Source: an uncultured delta proteobacterium (GTDB lineage Bacteria > Myxococcota_A > Polyangia > Polyangiales > Polyangiaceae). Taken from it: a stretch of DNA of 64,000 nucleotides. Within the stretch, counting starts at the first letter, position 1; every line of letters starts with the position of its first letter. Below the pieces are notes generated by a model that saw nothing but the letters and a program-made list of their open reading frames with translations, did no database searches and had not been told where the DNA came from. Location of the stretch: NCBI GenBank assembly GCA_963716725.1, contig CAVQUB010000002.1:224001-288000 (forward strand), read 5' to 3'. A program made the translations under genes and the position numbers. Positions 1-10,566 of the stretch are shown one piece after another.

Positions 1-17
1 CGGGCAAAAACTGGCGA

Positions 18-1484
18 GTGGCCGCGCGAGTTCCGACCTTGATCGTTTGCTGCGCAGCGCTCGCGTCGACGGTCGCGACGCGCCTGGCGATCGCGCAACC
101 CGAGCCACCCCCGGCCGGAGAGGACGCCCGCACCGTCCGGGCGCGCGCGCACTTCCAGAATGGCGTGAAGCTCTTCAACTCGAAGAACTGGCAGGGCGCA
201 TTGGCGGAGTTCGACGCGGCCTACAAGCTGAAGCCCGGTCAAAGCTCCCTGAAGAACATCGCGCTGTGTCAGAAAGAGCTGTTCCGCTACACCGACGCCA
301 TCGACACGCTGAACAAGGCCCTCGACCGCCACGGGGCGGAGATGGGCGAGGCTGAGAAGCAGTCCGTGCGCGACGCGGTCGCGGAGCTCGGCGCGCTGGT
401 CGGCAGCATCGTCGTGCGGGTCACGCCGGCCGACGCTCGCGTGACGCTCGACGGCCGCCGCCTCGAGCCGAAGGATCTGGGCACCAGCGTCCGGCTCAAC
501 ACGGGAGAACACGTGCTGGTCGCGGAGGCTCCAGGCCACTCGCGCATGGCTCGAACCATTCGGGTCGCCGGGGGACAGAAGGACGTAGCACTGGATTTCG
601 CGCTGGTGGCCAACGCGGGCTTCGTCTCCGTCAAGAGCACGGATCCAAAGGCCGCCATCGCCATCGACGGGACGGCGAGGGCGTTCTCGGCGTGGCGCGG
701 GCCCCTGGAACCGGGGCGACACTACGTCCAGGTCTACCGCGACGGTTACAAGCAATTCGAGCAGTACTTCGTGGTCGAAGTGGGCAAGACCATCGACGTC
801 GACGCAGTGCTGATCCGCGAGGAGGGCCCGCCCGCCATCAAGCCCGCGGAGCAGCGCGGCTGGTACGGCCTGGCTGTCCTCAGCGCCATCGGTCTGCGCA
901 ACGCTCCGGGTGGGCTCGAGATCGACAAAAGCGACATCACCGGCAGTTCCATCGGGGTGCGAGCGGGCTACCGACTCTGGACGCCCATCGGCGTCGAGCT
1001 GTTGATCGAGGGCGGCAAGCACCAGGTCGACAAGGCCTGCGACGCCACCGTCAGCGGCCGCAAGTGCGGCACGGCCACCGCCTTCGAGCGATCCTTCACG
1101 CTCGATTCGCTGCGCTTCGGTCCGAACCTGCGCATCATGAGCGCGGGCCAGTCCCTGCGCTTCAGCTCCGTCATCGGCGCCGGCGCGGTGCGCCACGAGA
1201 TCGATCTCGACCCGGCCGACCCGACCGAGGCGGGGGCAAGCGAGGCCATTCCGGGCGGCAACGCCAAGGGTTGGGACCCGTACTTCTTGGTCGAGGTCGG
1301 CGCGCAGTACAACATCAGCCACGTCGTGCTCGAGCTGTGCGGGCTCGTATTCATCGACGGCGCCAGCAACGCCAAGGGAAACGGCGACGACGGACGCAGC
1401 TGGACTCCCTTCGAAGACTCCGGCGGCCTGGTCATGGGCGGGCTCGGGCTGCGTGTGGGCTGGACCGAGTGGAAGCCGCGCTGA
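18..1484 (+). CDS. TPR + PEGA domain secreted protein (myxobacterial type)
   Basis: N-terminal signal peptide; TPR-like 'ARAHFQNGVKLF...ALAEFDAAY...NIALCQKEL'; PEGA repeats 'VTPADARVTLDG...GEHVLVAEAPG' and 'PGRHYVQVYRDGY'; beta-rich C-terminus. Confidence 0.8.
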   Translation: MAARVPTLIVCCAALASTVATRLAIAQPEPPPAGEDARTVRARAHFQNGVKLFNSKNWQGALAEFDAAYKLKPGQSSLKNIALCQKELFRYTDAIDTLNKALDRHGAEMGEAEKQSVRDAVAELGALVGSIVVRVTPADARVTLDGRRLEPKDLGTSVRLNTGEHVLVAEAPGHSRMARTIRVAGGQKDVALDFALVANAGFVSVKSTDPKAAIAIDGTARAFSAWRGPLEPGRHYVQVYRDGYKQFEQYFVVEVGKTIDVDAVLIREEGPPAIKPAEQRGWYGLAVLSAIGLRNAPGGLEIDKSDITGSSIGVRAGYRLWTPIGVELLIEGGKHQVDKACDATVSGRKCGTATAFERSFTLDSLRFGPNLRIMSAGQSLRFSSVIGAGAVRHEIDLDPADPTEAGASEAIPGGNAKGWDPYFLVEVGAQYNISHVVLELCGLVFIDGASNAKGNGDDGRSWTPFEDSGGLVMGGLGLRVGWTEWKPR

Positions 1485-1511
1485 CGCGCGCCAATACAGT
1501 GGGGATGATCG

Positions 1512-3473
<1,962 letters not shown>

Positions 3474-3483
3474 GCGCAGCGGA

Positions 3484-4773
3484 TCAGCCGAGCAGATCGA
3501 GCAGGACGCGGTAGCCCTGCCGGAAGTGCTCGAGCTCCGCCTGCTCGTTCGGCGCATGATAAGACGCGGCGCGTCCAAAGCCCGTGATCTGAACGTCGAA
3601 GCCCCGGCGCTGGAGATCGCGAACCAGGGGCAGCGATCCGGTCATGCTGTAGGCCTTCGGCTCGGTGCCAGGTCGCGCGTCGGCGATGGCCTGAGTCAGC
3701 GCAGCGAGCCCGGGCGAGTCGAGCCGGCACGCGACGCCTTCGATGCCGTTGCCGAGGGGCGTCAGCTTCACCCGGCCGCGCTCGCCGCCTGCGGTCCGAG
3801 TGCGCGGGAAGGCCGGCGGCGGATCGCCGAGCTCGATGCGGCGATCGAGCTCCGCCACGAACGCCACCGCCCCTCCGATGGCGTCGGACATCTCGTAGAA
3901 GGGCGTGAGTCGGAGGTCGCCTTCGACCACGGCGGACGCTGGGATCTTCGAGATCTTGTCGTTGGGCACGGTCATGCGGGTGGCCTTGAGGGAGGACGCC
4001 GACAGAAATCCCCAACGCGCCTCGGCCGGGTGGGCGGGGAAACGCTTCTCGAACCACTCGACCAGAGCCCGGGAGGTCGCGTTGGCCAGCTCCAGGGCGT
4101 TGACGCAGTTCTGCGCGAACCCGGAGTGGCCACCGACTCCGATCGCTTCGAGCCGCCACGCGGCCATGCCTCCCGTGCCGACGGTCGGACCGAACTCGGC
4201 GCTGTCGAGCCAGTAGATGGTGCCCGCCGAGAGATCGTCGAGGGCGCCGACGCTCGCCGCGTAGTCGAGGCCGATCTCCGGGAGGGGAGCCTCCTCCTCG
4301 TTCGAGATGAAGACGACCTTCAGGGTGCGACGCGGCGTGATGCCACGCTCGCAGAGCTCGACGACGAGGTCGGTCACCAGCGCCACGTGGCCCAGGCAGT
4401 CGGTGACCCCGCGCCCGTAGAGCGTTCCGGCTTCGACCTCGAGCTTCCAAGGATTTCGCGTCCAGCCCTCGCCCGGCCCATCCGCGGGCACCACGTCGAA
4501 GTGCGCCCCCACGAACCCGACGATGCCCGGGCCCCCGCCCTTCAACGTCAGCACCAAGTTCGGCCGAGTCTCGTGGCCCGGCGCCGCAAGCAACTCCGCC
4601 TTCACACGCCCCGACGCGACGTGGGGAGCCAGGCGTGCGAGCACCCGATCGGCAGCGAGCTTCTCCACGGGCACGAGCCCCTGAGCGGGCGAGTTGGCGA
4701 GCTGGGGACCGAGCGCCACGAGCTCCGCCAGGAGACCCAAGAAGCGCTCTTCGTTCAGGGATGGCTTTTCCAC
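3484..4773 (-). CDS. M20 family metallopeptidase, acetylornithine deacetylase-like
   Basis: GAHFDVVP, YGRGVTDCLGH, SNEEE, GHSG, YHAPNE metal-binding motifs; GTG start at 4773 inferred (ORF is open to 4857). Confidence 0.85.
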   Translation of the reverse strand: MEKPSLNEERFLGLLAELVALGPQLANSPAQGLVPVEKLAADRVLARLAPHVASGRVKAELLAAPGHETRPNLVLTLKGGGPGIVGFVGAHFDVVPADGPGEGWTRNPWKLEVEAGTLYGRGVTDCLGHVALVTDLVVELCERGITPRRTLKVVFISNEEEAPLPEIGLDYAASVGALDDLSAGTIYWLDSAEFGPTVGTGGMAAWRLEAIGVGGHSGFAQNCVNALELANATSRALVEWFEKRFPAHPAEARWGFLSASSLKATRMTVPNDKISKIPASAVVEGDLRLTPFYEMSDAIGGAVAFVAELDRRIELGDPPPAFPRTRTAGGERGRVKLTPLGNGIEGVACRLDSPGLAALTQAIADARPGTEPKAYSMTGSLPLVRDLQRRGFDVQITGFGRAASYHAPNEQAELEHFRQGYRVLLDLLG

Positions 4774-4859
4774 GGCCGGGTCGTTAGCACGGGCCTGGGC
4801 GAGCACCCGACAAATCCCCGGCGTGCTCGCAAAAGCACCCTGGTCTATGCTGCTCACCC

Positions 4860-5624
4860 ATGCGCCCCGTGATCATCGGAGCCGGACGCGGCAGCCGCCT
4901 CGGTCCCGAGACGGACCACATGCCCAAGACCCTCGTTTCCGTCATGGGGCGGCCAATGCTCGACTGGATCCTCGACTCCCTCGCCGAGGCCGGCTTCGCC
5001 CGGCGCGACGTGGTGTTCGTGTGCGGCTACGCCGAAGACGTGGTCCGCGCTCGCTACCCCGAGCTGACCTTCGTGCGCAACGCCGGCTGGGAGAGCAACA
5101 ACATCCTGCTCTCGCTGCTCTCTGCCCGAGAGCACCTCGCCGGCGGCTTCGTCTCGACCTACGCCGACATCGTGTACGAGGGCGCGGTGGTGCAGAAGCT
5201 CGTCGCGGCCCCCGAGCACATCGTGCTCGGCTGCGACACCGAGTGGCGGCGACGCTACGTTGGGCGCTCACAGCACCCCGAGACCGATGCCGAGAAGCTC
5301 ACAGCCGACGGACGCCGCATCCAGCGGATCAGCCGCCACATCCCGAGCGACGAGGCAAGCGGCGAGTTCATCGGCGTGATGAAGCTCGACGGCGCGGGCG
5401 CTGCGGAGCTCTGCGCCGCCTTCGATCGGGCCGAGGCCAAGCACGCCGGCAAGGTCTTCCGCGAAGGGCGCAGCTTCGAGAAGGCGTACCTCATCGATCT
5501 GTTGCAGCAGATGCTGGAAACAGGCAGCGAAATGCACCGCGAAGACACCCGCGGCGGCTACATGGAGATCGACACCCGCGAGGATCTGGCGCTCGCCGCC
5601 GGGTGGTGGGAAAGCCGCCCTTGA
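4860..5624 (+). CDS. Nucleotidyltransferase (LicC/phosphocholine cytidylyltransferase-like, NTP_transf family)
   Basis: IIGAGRGSRLG...PKTL, VCGY, YADIV, GEFIG and MEIDTREDL motifs. Confidence 0.85.
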   Translation: MRPVIIGAGRGSRLGPETDHMPKTLVSVMGRPMLDWILDSLAEAGFARRDVVFVCGYAEDVVRARYPELTFVRNAGWESNNILLSLLSAREHLAGGFVSTYADIVYEGAVVQKLVAAPEHIVLGCDTEWRRRYVGRSQHPETDAEKLTADGRRIQRISRHIPSDEASGEFIGVMKLDGAGAAELCAAFDRAEAKHAGKVFREGRSFEKAYLIDLLQQMLETGSEMHREDTRGGYMEIDTREDLALAAGWWESRP

Positions 5625-6394
5625 GCCCGGAGCACGTCTCCGCAGACGAGCTGGTGGTGCGCCTCGAGCGGCTGCGCCGTGGGCGCAACCTGTCCGCCGT
5701 CGCCTTCGACGCCGACGGCACGCTCTGGAACGGTGACGTCGCCGAGGATGTCTTCCACTGGGCGCTCGAGCGAGAGTTGTTGTCGAGCGTGCCCGCTCGC
5801 CCACTCGCCGAGGTCGCCCGCGCTCACGGCATCGATCACGAGGGCAGCTCCAACGAGCTCGCCGCGGCGATCTTCGAGGCCTACATCAGCGATTCGTTTC
5901 CCGAACGCACGGTGTGCGAGATCATGGCCTGGTGCTTCGCCGGCCACACTGCCGACGAGCTTCGGCGTATCGCGCGCCAGGCTCTGGACGACGCGGGACT
6001 CGCCGAGCGAGTCAACCGAACGCTCACGCCGGTTTTCGAGTGGGCCGCGCGTGAGAAGGTGCGCGTGGTCATCGTCACCGCATCCCCGCGCTTCATCGTC
6101 GAAGAGGCCGCGGGTCATTGGAAGATCGCGCCACACGACATCGCTGCGACGACCGCTGCCTCGGACTGTGGCCGCATGCTGCCGCGCTTGGTCGCGCCGG
6201 TCCCCTACGGTCCGACCAAGGTCGTGTTCGCGCGCCAGCTCTTCGGTGACGCCGCCTGGCTGGCCAGCTTCGGAGACAGCCCCTTCGATCTCGAGATGAT
6301 GGGCGCCGCCGAGCTCGGGGTGGCGGTGCGACCCAAGCCCGCGCTGCTCGAGGCCCTGCCGGCCCTGCGCCGGGCCGTGATTCTCGAGGGCTGA
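5621..6394 (+). CDS. HAD-superfamily hydrolase (HAD-IB-like phosphatase)
   Basis: Motif I FDADGTLW, motif II IVTAS, K in 'GPTK', motif IV FGDSPFDLEM; TTG start overlaps the upstream stop. Confidence 0.8.
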   Translation: MSPEHVSADELVVRLERLRRGRNLSAVAFDADGTLWNGDVAEDVFHWALERELLSSVPARPLAEVARAHGIDHEGSSNELAAAIFEAYISDSFPERTVCEIMAWCFAGHTADELRRIARQALDDAGLAERVNRTLTPVFEWAAREKVRVVIVTASPRFIVEEAAGHWKIAPHDIAATTAASDCGRMLPRLVAPVPYGPTKVVFARQLFGDAAWLASFGDSPFDLEMMGAAELGVAVRPKPALLEALPALRRAVILEG

Positions 6395-6505
6395 GCTCCG
6401 GACAATCCCCGGTGATTCTGCCGGCGTGGGGCGATCTGGGCGCGCACGCCCACACCGAAAGGTGATTGACTTTGCGCACTTGCGTGCCATACACGCATAT
6501 ACCCG

Positions 6506-7477
6506 ATGCGTGTTTACATGCTCCTGCTGGCGTTGGTCACCCTGGTGGCCTGTGACGCGCCGCCGGAGGAGGGCTCGCGCCTCCGCATCGCGTACATGGC
6601 GCGGCTCACGCACGCGCCCGCACTGACCGGGATCGACAGCGGGCGCCTCCCGAGCGCGCTGCCCGACCTGCGGATCGAAGGACGCTCCTTCGAGTTCGGC
6701 AACGCGGTCGTCGAGGCCATGTTCGCCGGCGAGATCGACGTCGCGCTGCTGGGGCCGAACCCAGCCATCAACGGCTTCGTGCGCTCGGCCGGCGAGGTGC
6801 GAATCGTGTCGGGGATCGCCAGCGGCGGCAGTGCGCTCGTCGTCCGGCAGGGCGCGGGCATCTCGAGCGCCGCGGACTTGCGCGGCCGAAGCCTCGCGAC
6901 CCCTCAGGTGGCGAGCACACAGGACATCGCGCTGCGCGCGTATCTTCGCAAGCACGGACTCGATCCGTCCCTCGAAGGCGGCAACGTGAGGATCTTGCCC
7001 CTGAGCCCGGCGGAGATCCGCGTGCTCTTCGCTCGCGGTGATCTCGACGGGGCCTTCGTCTCCGAGCCGCTCGCCACCGAGCTTGTCATGAACTCGGGGG
7101 CAACGCTGCTCCTGGACGAGCGGGACGAGTGGCCGGGGCGCCGTCATCCAGCGACGGTGTTGGCGGTTCGCAAGCGCTACTACGACGCGCATCCCGAGAA
7201 CGTACGCCGTCTCGTGTCCGCTCTCGCCGCAGAGATCGACTGGATCGAGTCGCACCGAGCTGAAGCCCTTGTCGCGTGCCAGCGGGGCATCGGACAGCGA
7301 CTCGGCCGGGAGCTGCCGGGCGCCGTGGCGACTCGGGCCTTCGATCGCGTCTCGTTCACCGTCGATCCCATGCCCGACGCGCTGGACCGTCTCGCGCACG
7401 ACGCCGAGCGAGCTGGGTTTCTGCCCCCAAACTCGAGCCTGGCGGGCTTGGTGCTGGGACCGGAGGCGAGGGAGTGA
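6506..7477 (+). CDS. ABC transporter substrate-binding lipoprotein, SsuA/TauA/NrtA (sulfonate/nitrate) family
   Basis: Lipobox LVAC; 'THAPAL', 'GEIDVALLGPNPAING', 'ATPQVASTQDIALR', 'FVSEP'. Confidence 0.85.
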   Translation: MRVYMLLLALVTLVACDAPPEEGSRLRIAYMARLTHAPALTGIDSGRLPSALPDLRIEGRSFEFGNAVVEAMFAGEIDVALLGPNPAINGFVRSAGEVRIVSGIASGGSALVVRQGAGISSAADLRGRSLATPQVASTQDIALRAYLRKHGLDPSLEGGNVRILPLSPAEIRVLFARGDLDGAFVSEPLATELVMNSGATLLLDERDEWPGRRHPATVLAVRKRYYDAHPENVRRLVSALAAEIDWIESHRAEALVACQRGIGQRLGRELPGAVATRAFDRVSFTVDPMPDALDRLAHDAERAGFLPPNSSLAGLVLGPEARE

Positions 7478-8226
7478 AGGCGAGCTGGCAGCACGCGAGC
7501 GCTATTGTCGGGCTCTTGATGGTCTGGCAGTTGGCGGTCTCGGTCGGCCGCTGGCCGCCCTACGTGCTGCCGGGACCGCTGACGGTGATCGGGTCCCTGG
7601 TCGACGGCGTCGTGAGCGGAGTGCTGCCCGCGGCCGTCCTGAGGAGCCTCGCTCGGCTCTCGGTGGGATACGGCCTCGCGAGCGCGGCGGGCGTCTCGTT
7701 CGGGATCGCCATGGGGCGCGTGCCGGCGCTCGATCGCGCCTTCGGCACCCTGCTCACGGGCCTACAGTCGCTGCCCAGCATCTGCTGGATGCCGCTCTCG
7801 CTGCTCTGGTTCGGGCTGAACGAGAGCGCGATCTTGTTCGTGGTCGTGATCGCCACCTTCGGCACGGTCGCGCTCGCAGTGCGAGACTCCGTCTTCAGAG
7901 TGCCACGGCTCTGGCTTCGCGCCGCGCGCAGCATGGGGGAGCGCGGCCTGGGCCTGTGGCTCCGAGTCGTATTGCCGGCGTCGTTGCCCGGCACCATCAC
8001 CGCCCTGCGACTGGGCTGGAGCTTCGCCTGGCGCGCGTTGATGGCGGGCGAACTTCTGTTCGTGGCGGGCGGGCTCGGCCAGGTCATGCACGTCGGTCGC
8101 GAGCTCAACGACATGGCCCAAGTGATGGCCGCAATGTTGGTGATCGCGTCGCTCGGTTTGGTCTTCGATCATGTGGTGCTCGGCTGGATAGAAGCGCGGA
8201 CGCGCCGACGCTGGGGCCTGGGCTGA
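7474..8226 (+). CDS. ABC transporter permease, SsuC/TauC family
   Basis: 'LQSLPSICWMPLSLLWFG', EAA-like 'AARSMG', 'WRALMAGELL'; GTG overlaps the upstream TGA. Confidence 0.87.
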   Translation: MKASWQHASAIVGLLMVWQLAVSVGRWPPYVLPGPLTVIGSLVDGVVSGVLPAAVLRSLARLSVGYGLASAAGVSFGIAMGRVPALDRAFGTLLTGLQSLPSICWMPLSLLWFGLNESAILFVVVIATFGTVALAVRDSVFRVPRLWLRAARSMGERGLGLWLRVVLPASLPGTITALRLGWSFAWRALMAGELLFVAGGLGQVMHVGRELNDMAQVMAAMLVIASLGLVFDHVVLGWIEARTRRRWGLG

Positions 8227-8272
8227 CGCCCCTTTTCGCCCCGGCAGAAAGCTGCTCTAAGTGGCCTTCGTC

Positions 8273-8989
8273 ATGCGCATGACTCACTCCCTCTTCGTCG
8301 TGCTCGGGCTCGCGATCGCCGTCGGCGCCTGCGGCGGCACCGAACCCCCACCCAAGACGCCGCCCCGCGAGGCAGACATCGACGAGCCGCCCCCCACCTC
8401 CAATCTCGAGGTGTCGGCGGAGATCGGAGCGCTCGACGAAGGCAAGGTCGACAAGGCCTTCGGCATGAGCGTGAAGGGCCTGACTCGATGCCTGGCGGAG
8501 GGGGCCAAGCGCGTCGAGTTCTTGGGCGGGCAGGTGGCGTTCTTCGTCAAGATCGACCAGCGCGGACGCATCGCGCACGCCCACGTGGAAAAATCGACCC
8601 TCGGCGATCGCGCCACCGAGAAGTGCATGCTCGACGCCCTCGGCCAGCGCCAGTGGCCAGCGCCGGTCGGAGGTCTGGTGGGCATCGCCCGCAAGGGCTT
8701 CGACTTCGACCCGCCCAACGACGTGCGGCCCCCGATGGAGTGGGAAGGCGAGCGTGCGCAGGGCGCCCTGGACAATCGGCGTTCCGCTCTCGAGAAGTGC
8801 AAGTCGAGCAGCACCGGTAGCTTCGTCGCGACTATCTACGTGAAGACCGACGGAACGGTGATGGCTGCCGGCGTGGCGCCGCCCGACGAAGCGGGAGCGG
8901 CGGCCGTCGATTGCATGGTGAGCGTGATCAAGGGCACCAAGTTCCCCTCCCCCGGCAGCTGGCCCGCCAAGGTGAGCGTCGAGCTCTGA
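8273..8989 (+). CDS. Lipoprotein with AgmX/PglI C-terminal (TonB_C-like) domains
   Basis: Lipobox VGAC, Pro-rich linker, two repeats of C...G.V...I...G....C......FP.P. Confidence 0.65.
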   Translation: MRMTHSLFVVLGLAIAVGACGGTEPPPKTPPREADIDEPPPTSNLEVSAEIGALDEGKVDKAFGMSVKGLTRCLAEGAKRVEFLGGQVAFFVKIDQRGRIAHAHVEKSTLGDRATEKCMLDALGQRQWPAPVGGLVGIARKGFDFDPPNDVRPPMEWEGERAQGALDNRRSALEKCKSSSTGSFVATIYVKTDGTVMAAGVAPPDEAGAAAVDCMVSVIKGTKFPSPGSWPAKVSVEL

Positions 8990-9029
8990 GCTTGCGGATC
9001 GGGGCGGGCGGCACGACAAAGCGCCCGGC

Positions 9030-9284
9030 ATGGATCACCGCGAAGAGCGCGAGCTCACCATCACCCTGCACCTGTCCGCGAGCTTCGAGCCCGACTACCA
9101 AGGCGACGAGGACGGCTACGCTTGGTTTCAGGAGTTCCAGAGAAGCCTGCGCCCGGAGCTCGAGCGCGCGGTGTTCGGCGCGCTCCGCTCCCACTCGGGG
9201 TACTCAGCGCTGGCCGCACCCCGAGGTCGAGATCCCGAGTCGGTGCTCGAGATCGACGTCAGCTATCGGCCAGGCGCGAGCTGA
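9030..9284 (+). CDS. Small hypothetical protein (84 aa)
   Basis: ATG start, acidic globular composition, fills the gap between flanking genes. Confidence 0.6.
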   Translation: MDHREERELTITLHLSASFEPDYQGDEDGYAWFQEFQRSLRPELERAVFGALRSHSGYSALAAPRGRDPESVLEIDVSYRPGAS

Positions 9285-9292
9285 ACCCGGGC

Positions 9293-10096
9293 TCAATCGT
9301 CGGCGTCGAAGACGCTGAGCTCGACCGTGGCGGGCCCTTTGGCCGCGTCGGCGGCGGGGGCCACCTCGACGCGCGTCGCACCGAGCCCGGCCTTCACCAA
9401 CGCGTCGCTCAGCGCGCGCATGCGCTTCGTGGACTCCTCCGCGGCTCCAGCCTCGCCGGTCTCCCGGATGCTGACCCGCGCCTCTGGATGGGTCTGGGTC
9501 AATGCCGCGATGGCGGCGATGACCTTCAGGCCGGCCTCCTCCACCACCTCGCCCGCGATCGCTGAGGAGGCGACGCGCAGTACGGAACGGCCATCGAGGA
9601 CCGTGAGCTCGACCTCGCCGCCGCGGATCTGCGCGCCCAGCGCGACGGCCAGATCGCGGACGATGGCCGCGTTGTCGGCCGCGGCGTTCTCGCAGAGCGC
9701 CAGCTTCCGCGCCCGGGTCTCGGCCGCGTCGAGCGCCTGCGCGAGCCTGGACTTTTCTCCGGACAGGTCCCGCAGATGGTCGCCCGTCCGCGCCAACTCG
9801 CCGCGCAGCTGCTCGACGATCTCGGTCGCAAATCGGCGCTCGGTCCCCGCCACGTCGGCGTTCAGCTTGGCCTCGGACAGCTCGGTTTCGATGCCCACGA
9901 TCTTCTTCTCGCGCTGAGCGAGCGCCTCGTGAAGGCGATCCAGCTCCCGGCTGATCTCCCCGAGACGATCTTGCGTTCGGCGGTGCGCTTCTTGTTCCAC
10001 CAAGATGGTCGACCGCGCCTCCTCGTAGCGCGCCGCCGGGACCACGCAGCCGGAAACGCCAAGGCACACCAGAGTCAGGATCAGGCTCGTCTTCAT
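9293..10096 (-). CDS. Coiled-coil lipoprotein with degenerate OmpA/MotB-like C-terminus
   Basis: GAGGAG RBS; lipobox VSGCV; long heptad region; C-terminal 'RALSDALVKAGLGATRVEV' resembles the OmpA/MotB tail. Confidence 0.6.
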   Translation of the reverse strand: MKTSLILTLVCLGVSGCVVPAARYEEARSTILVEQEAHRRTQDRLGEISRELDRLHEALAQREKKIVGIETELSEAKLNADVAGTERRFATEIVEQLRGELARTGDHLRDLSGEKSRLAQALDAAETRARKLALCENAAADNAAIVRDLAVALGAQIRGGEVELTVLDGRSVLRVASSAIAGEVVEEAGLKVIAAIAALTQTHPEARVSIRETGEAGAAEESTKRMRALSDALVKAGLGATRVEVAPAADAAKGPATVELSVFDADD

Positions 10097-10106
10097 GGCT
10101 TTCTCC

Positions 10107-10439
10107 TCAGGCGACCAGCGCGCCACGCAGGGTCAGAACGTCGAGGTGCTCGGCCACGGTCAGCCGATCGGCATCGCTCATGCGGACGAAGCGATAGGCC
10201 TGCTGGCTGCCGCGTACCCAGACCGGGCGTGCCCAGGCCCGGATGGCCTGGATGCGTTCGGGCAGTCGCAGCTCCAGCTTCTGCAAGAGCGACTGTTGAG
10301 CGAGCGCGATCTCGCGCCCGCGGTCCACGATGATGCCGGTCGGCGAGATCTCGATGCCTCGGCACCGAGCAGCCACGATCCCGTCGTGGGCAATCACCCC
10401 GAAATCGGTTCGGCCTCGTAGGCCCACGCGACGTTCCAT
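10107..10439 (-). CDS. PilZ-domain protein
   Basis: ERRxxxR ('MERRVGLR') and D/ExSxxG ('EISPTG') signatures, 'ARPVW', 'YRF'; GGAGG RBS. Confidence 0.7.
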   Translation of the reverse strand: MERRVGLRGRTDFGVIAHDGIVAARCRGIEISPTGIIVDRGREIALAQQSLLQKLELRLPERIQAIRAWARPVWVRGSQQAYRFVRMSDADRLTVAEHLDVLTLRGALVA

Positions 10440-10566
10440 GAAAATCCTCCGTCCTTGGATGAAATCGTAGGGGCCCAGCCGGGGTCGGGGCCAACTTCGC
10501 ACCTACAAACACCTACCCTGCGCGCTCATCGAAGCGCTTCGATAAACCGCCAACTTGGCCCCCAGC

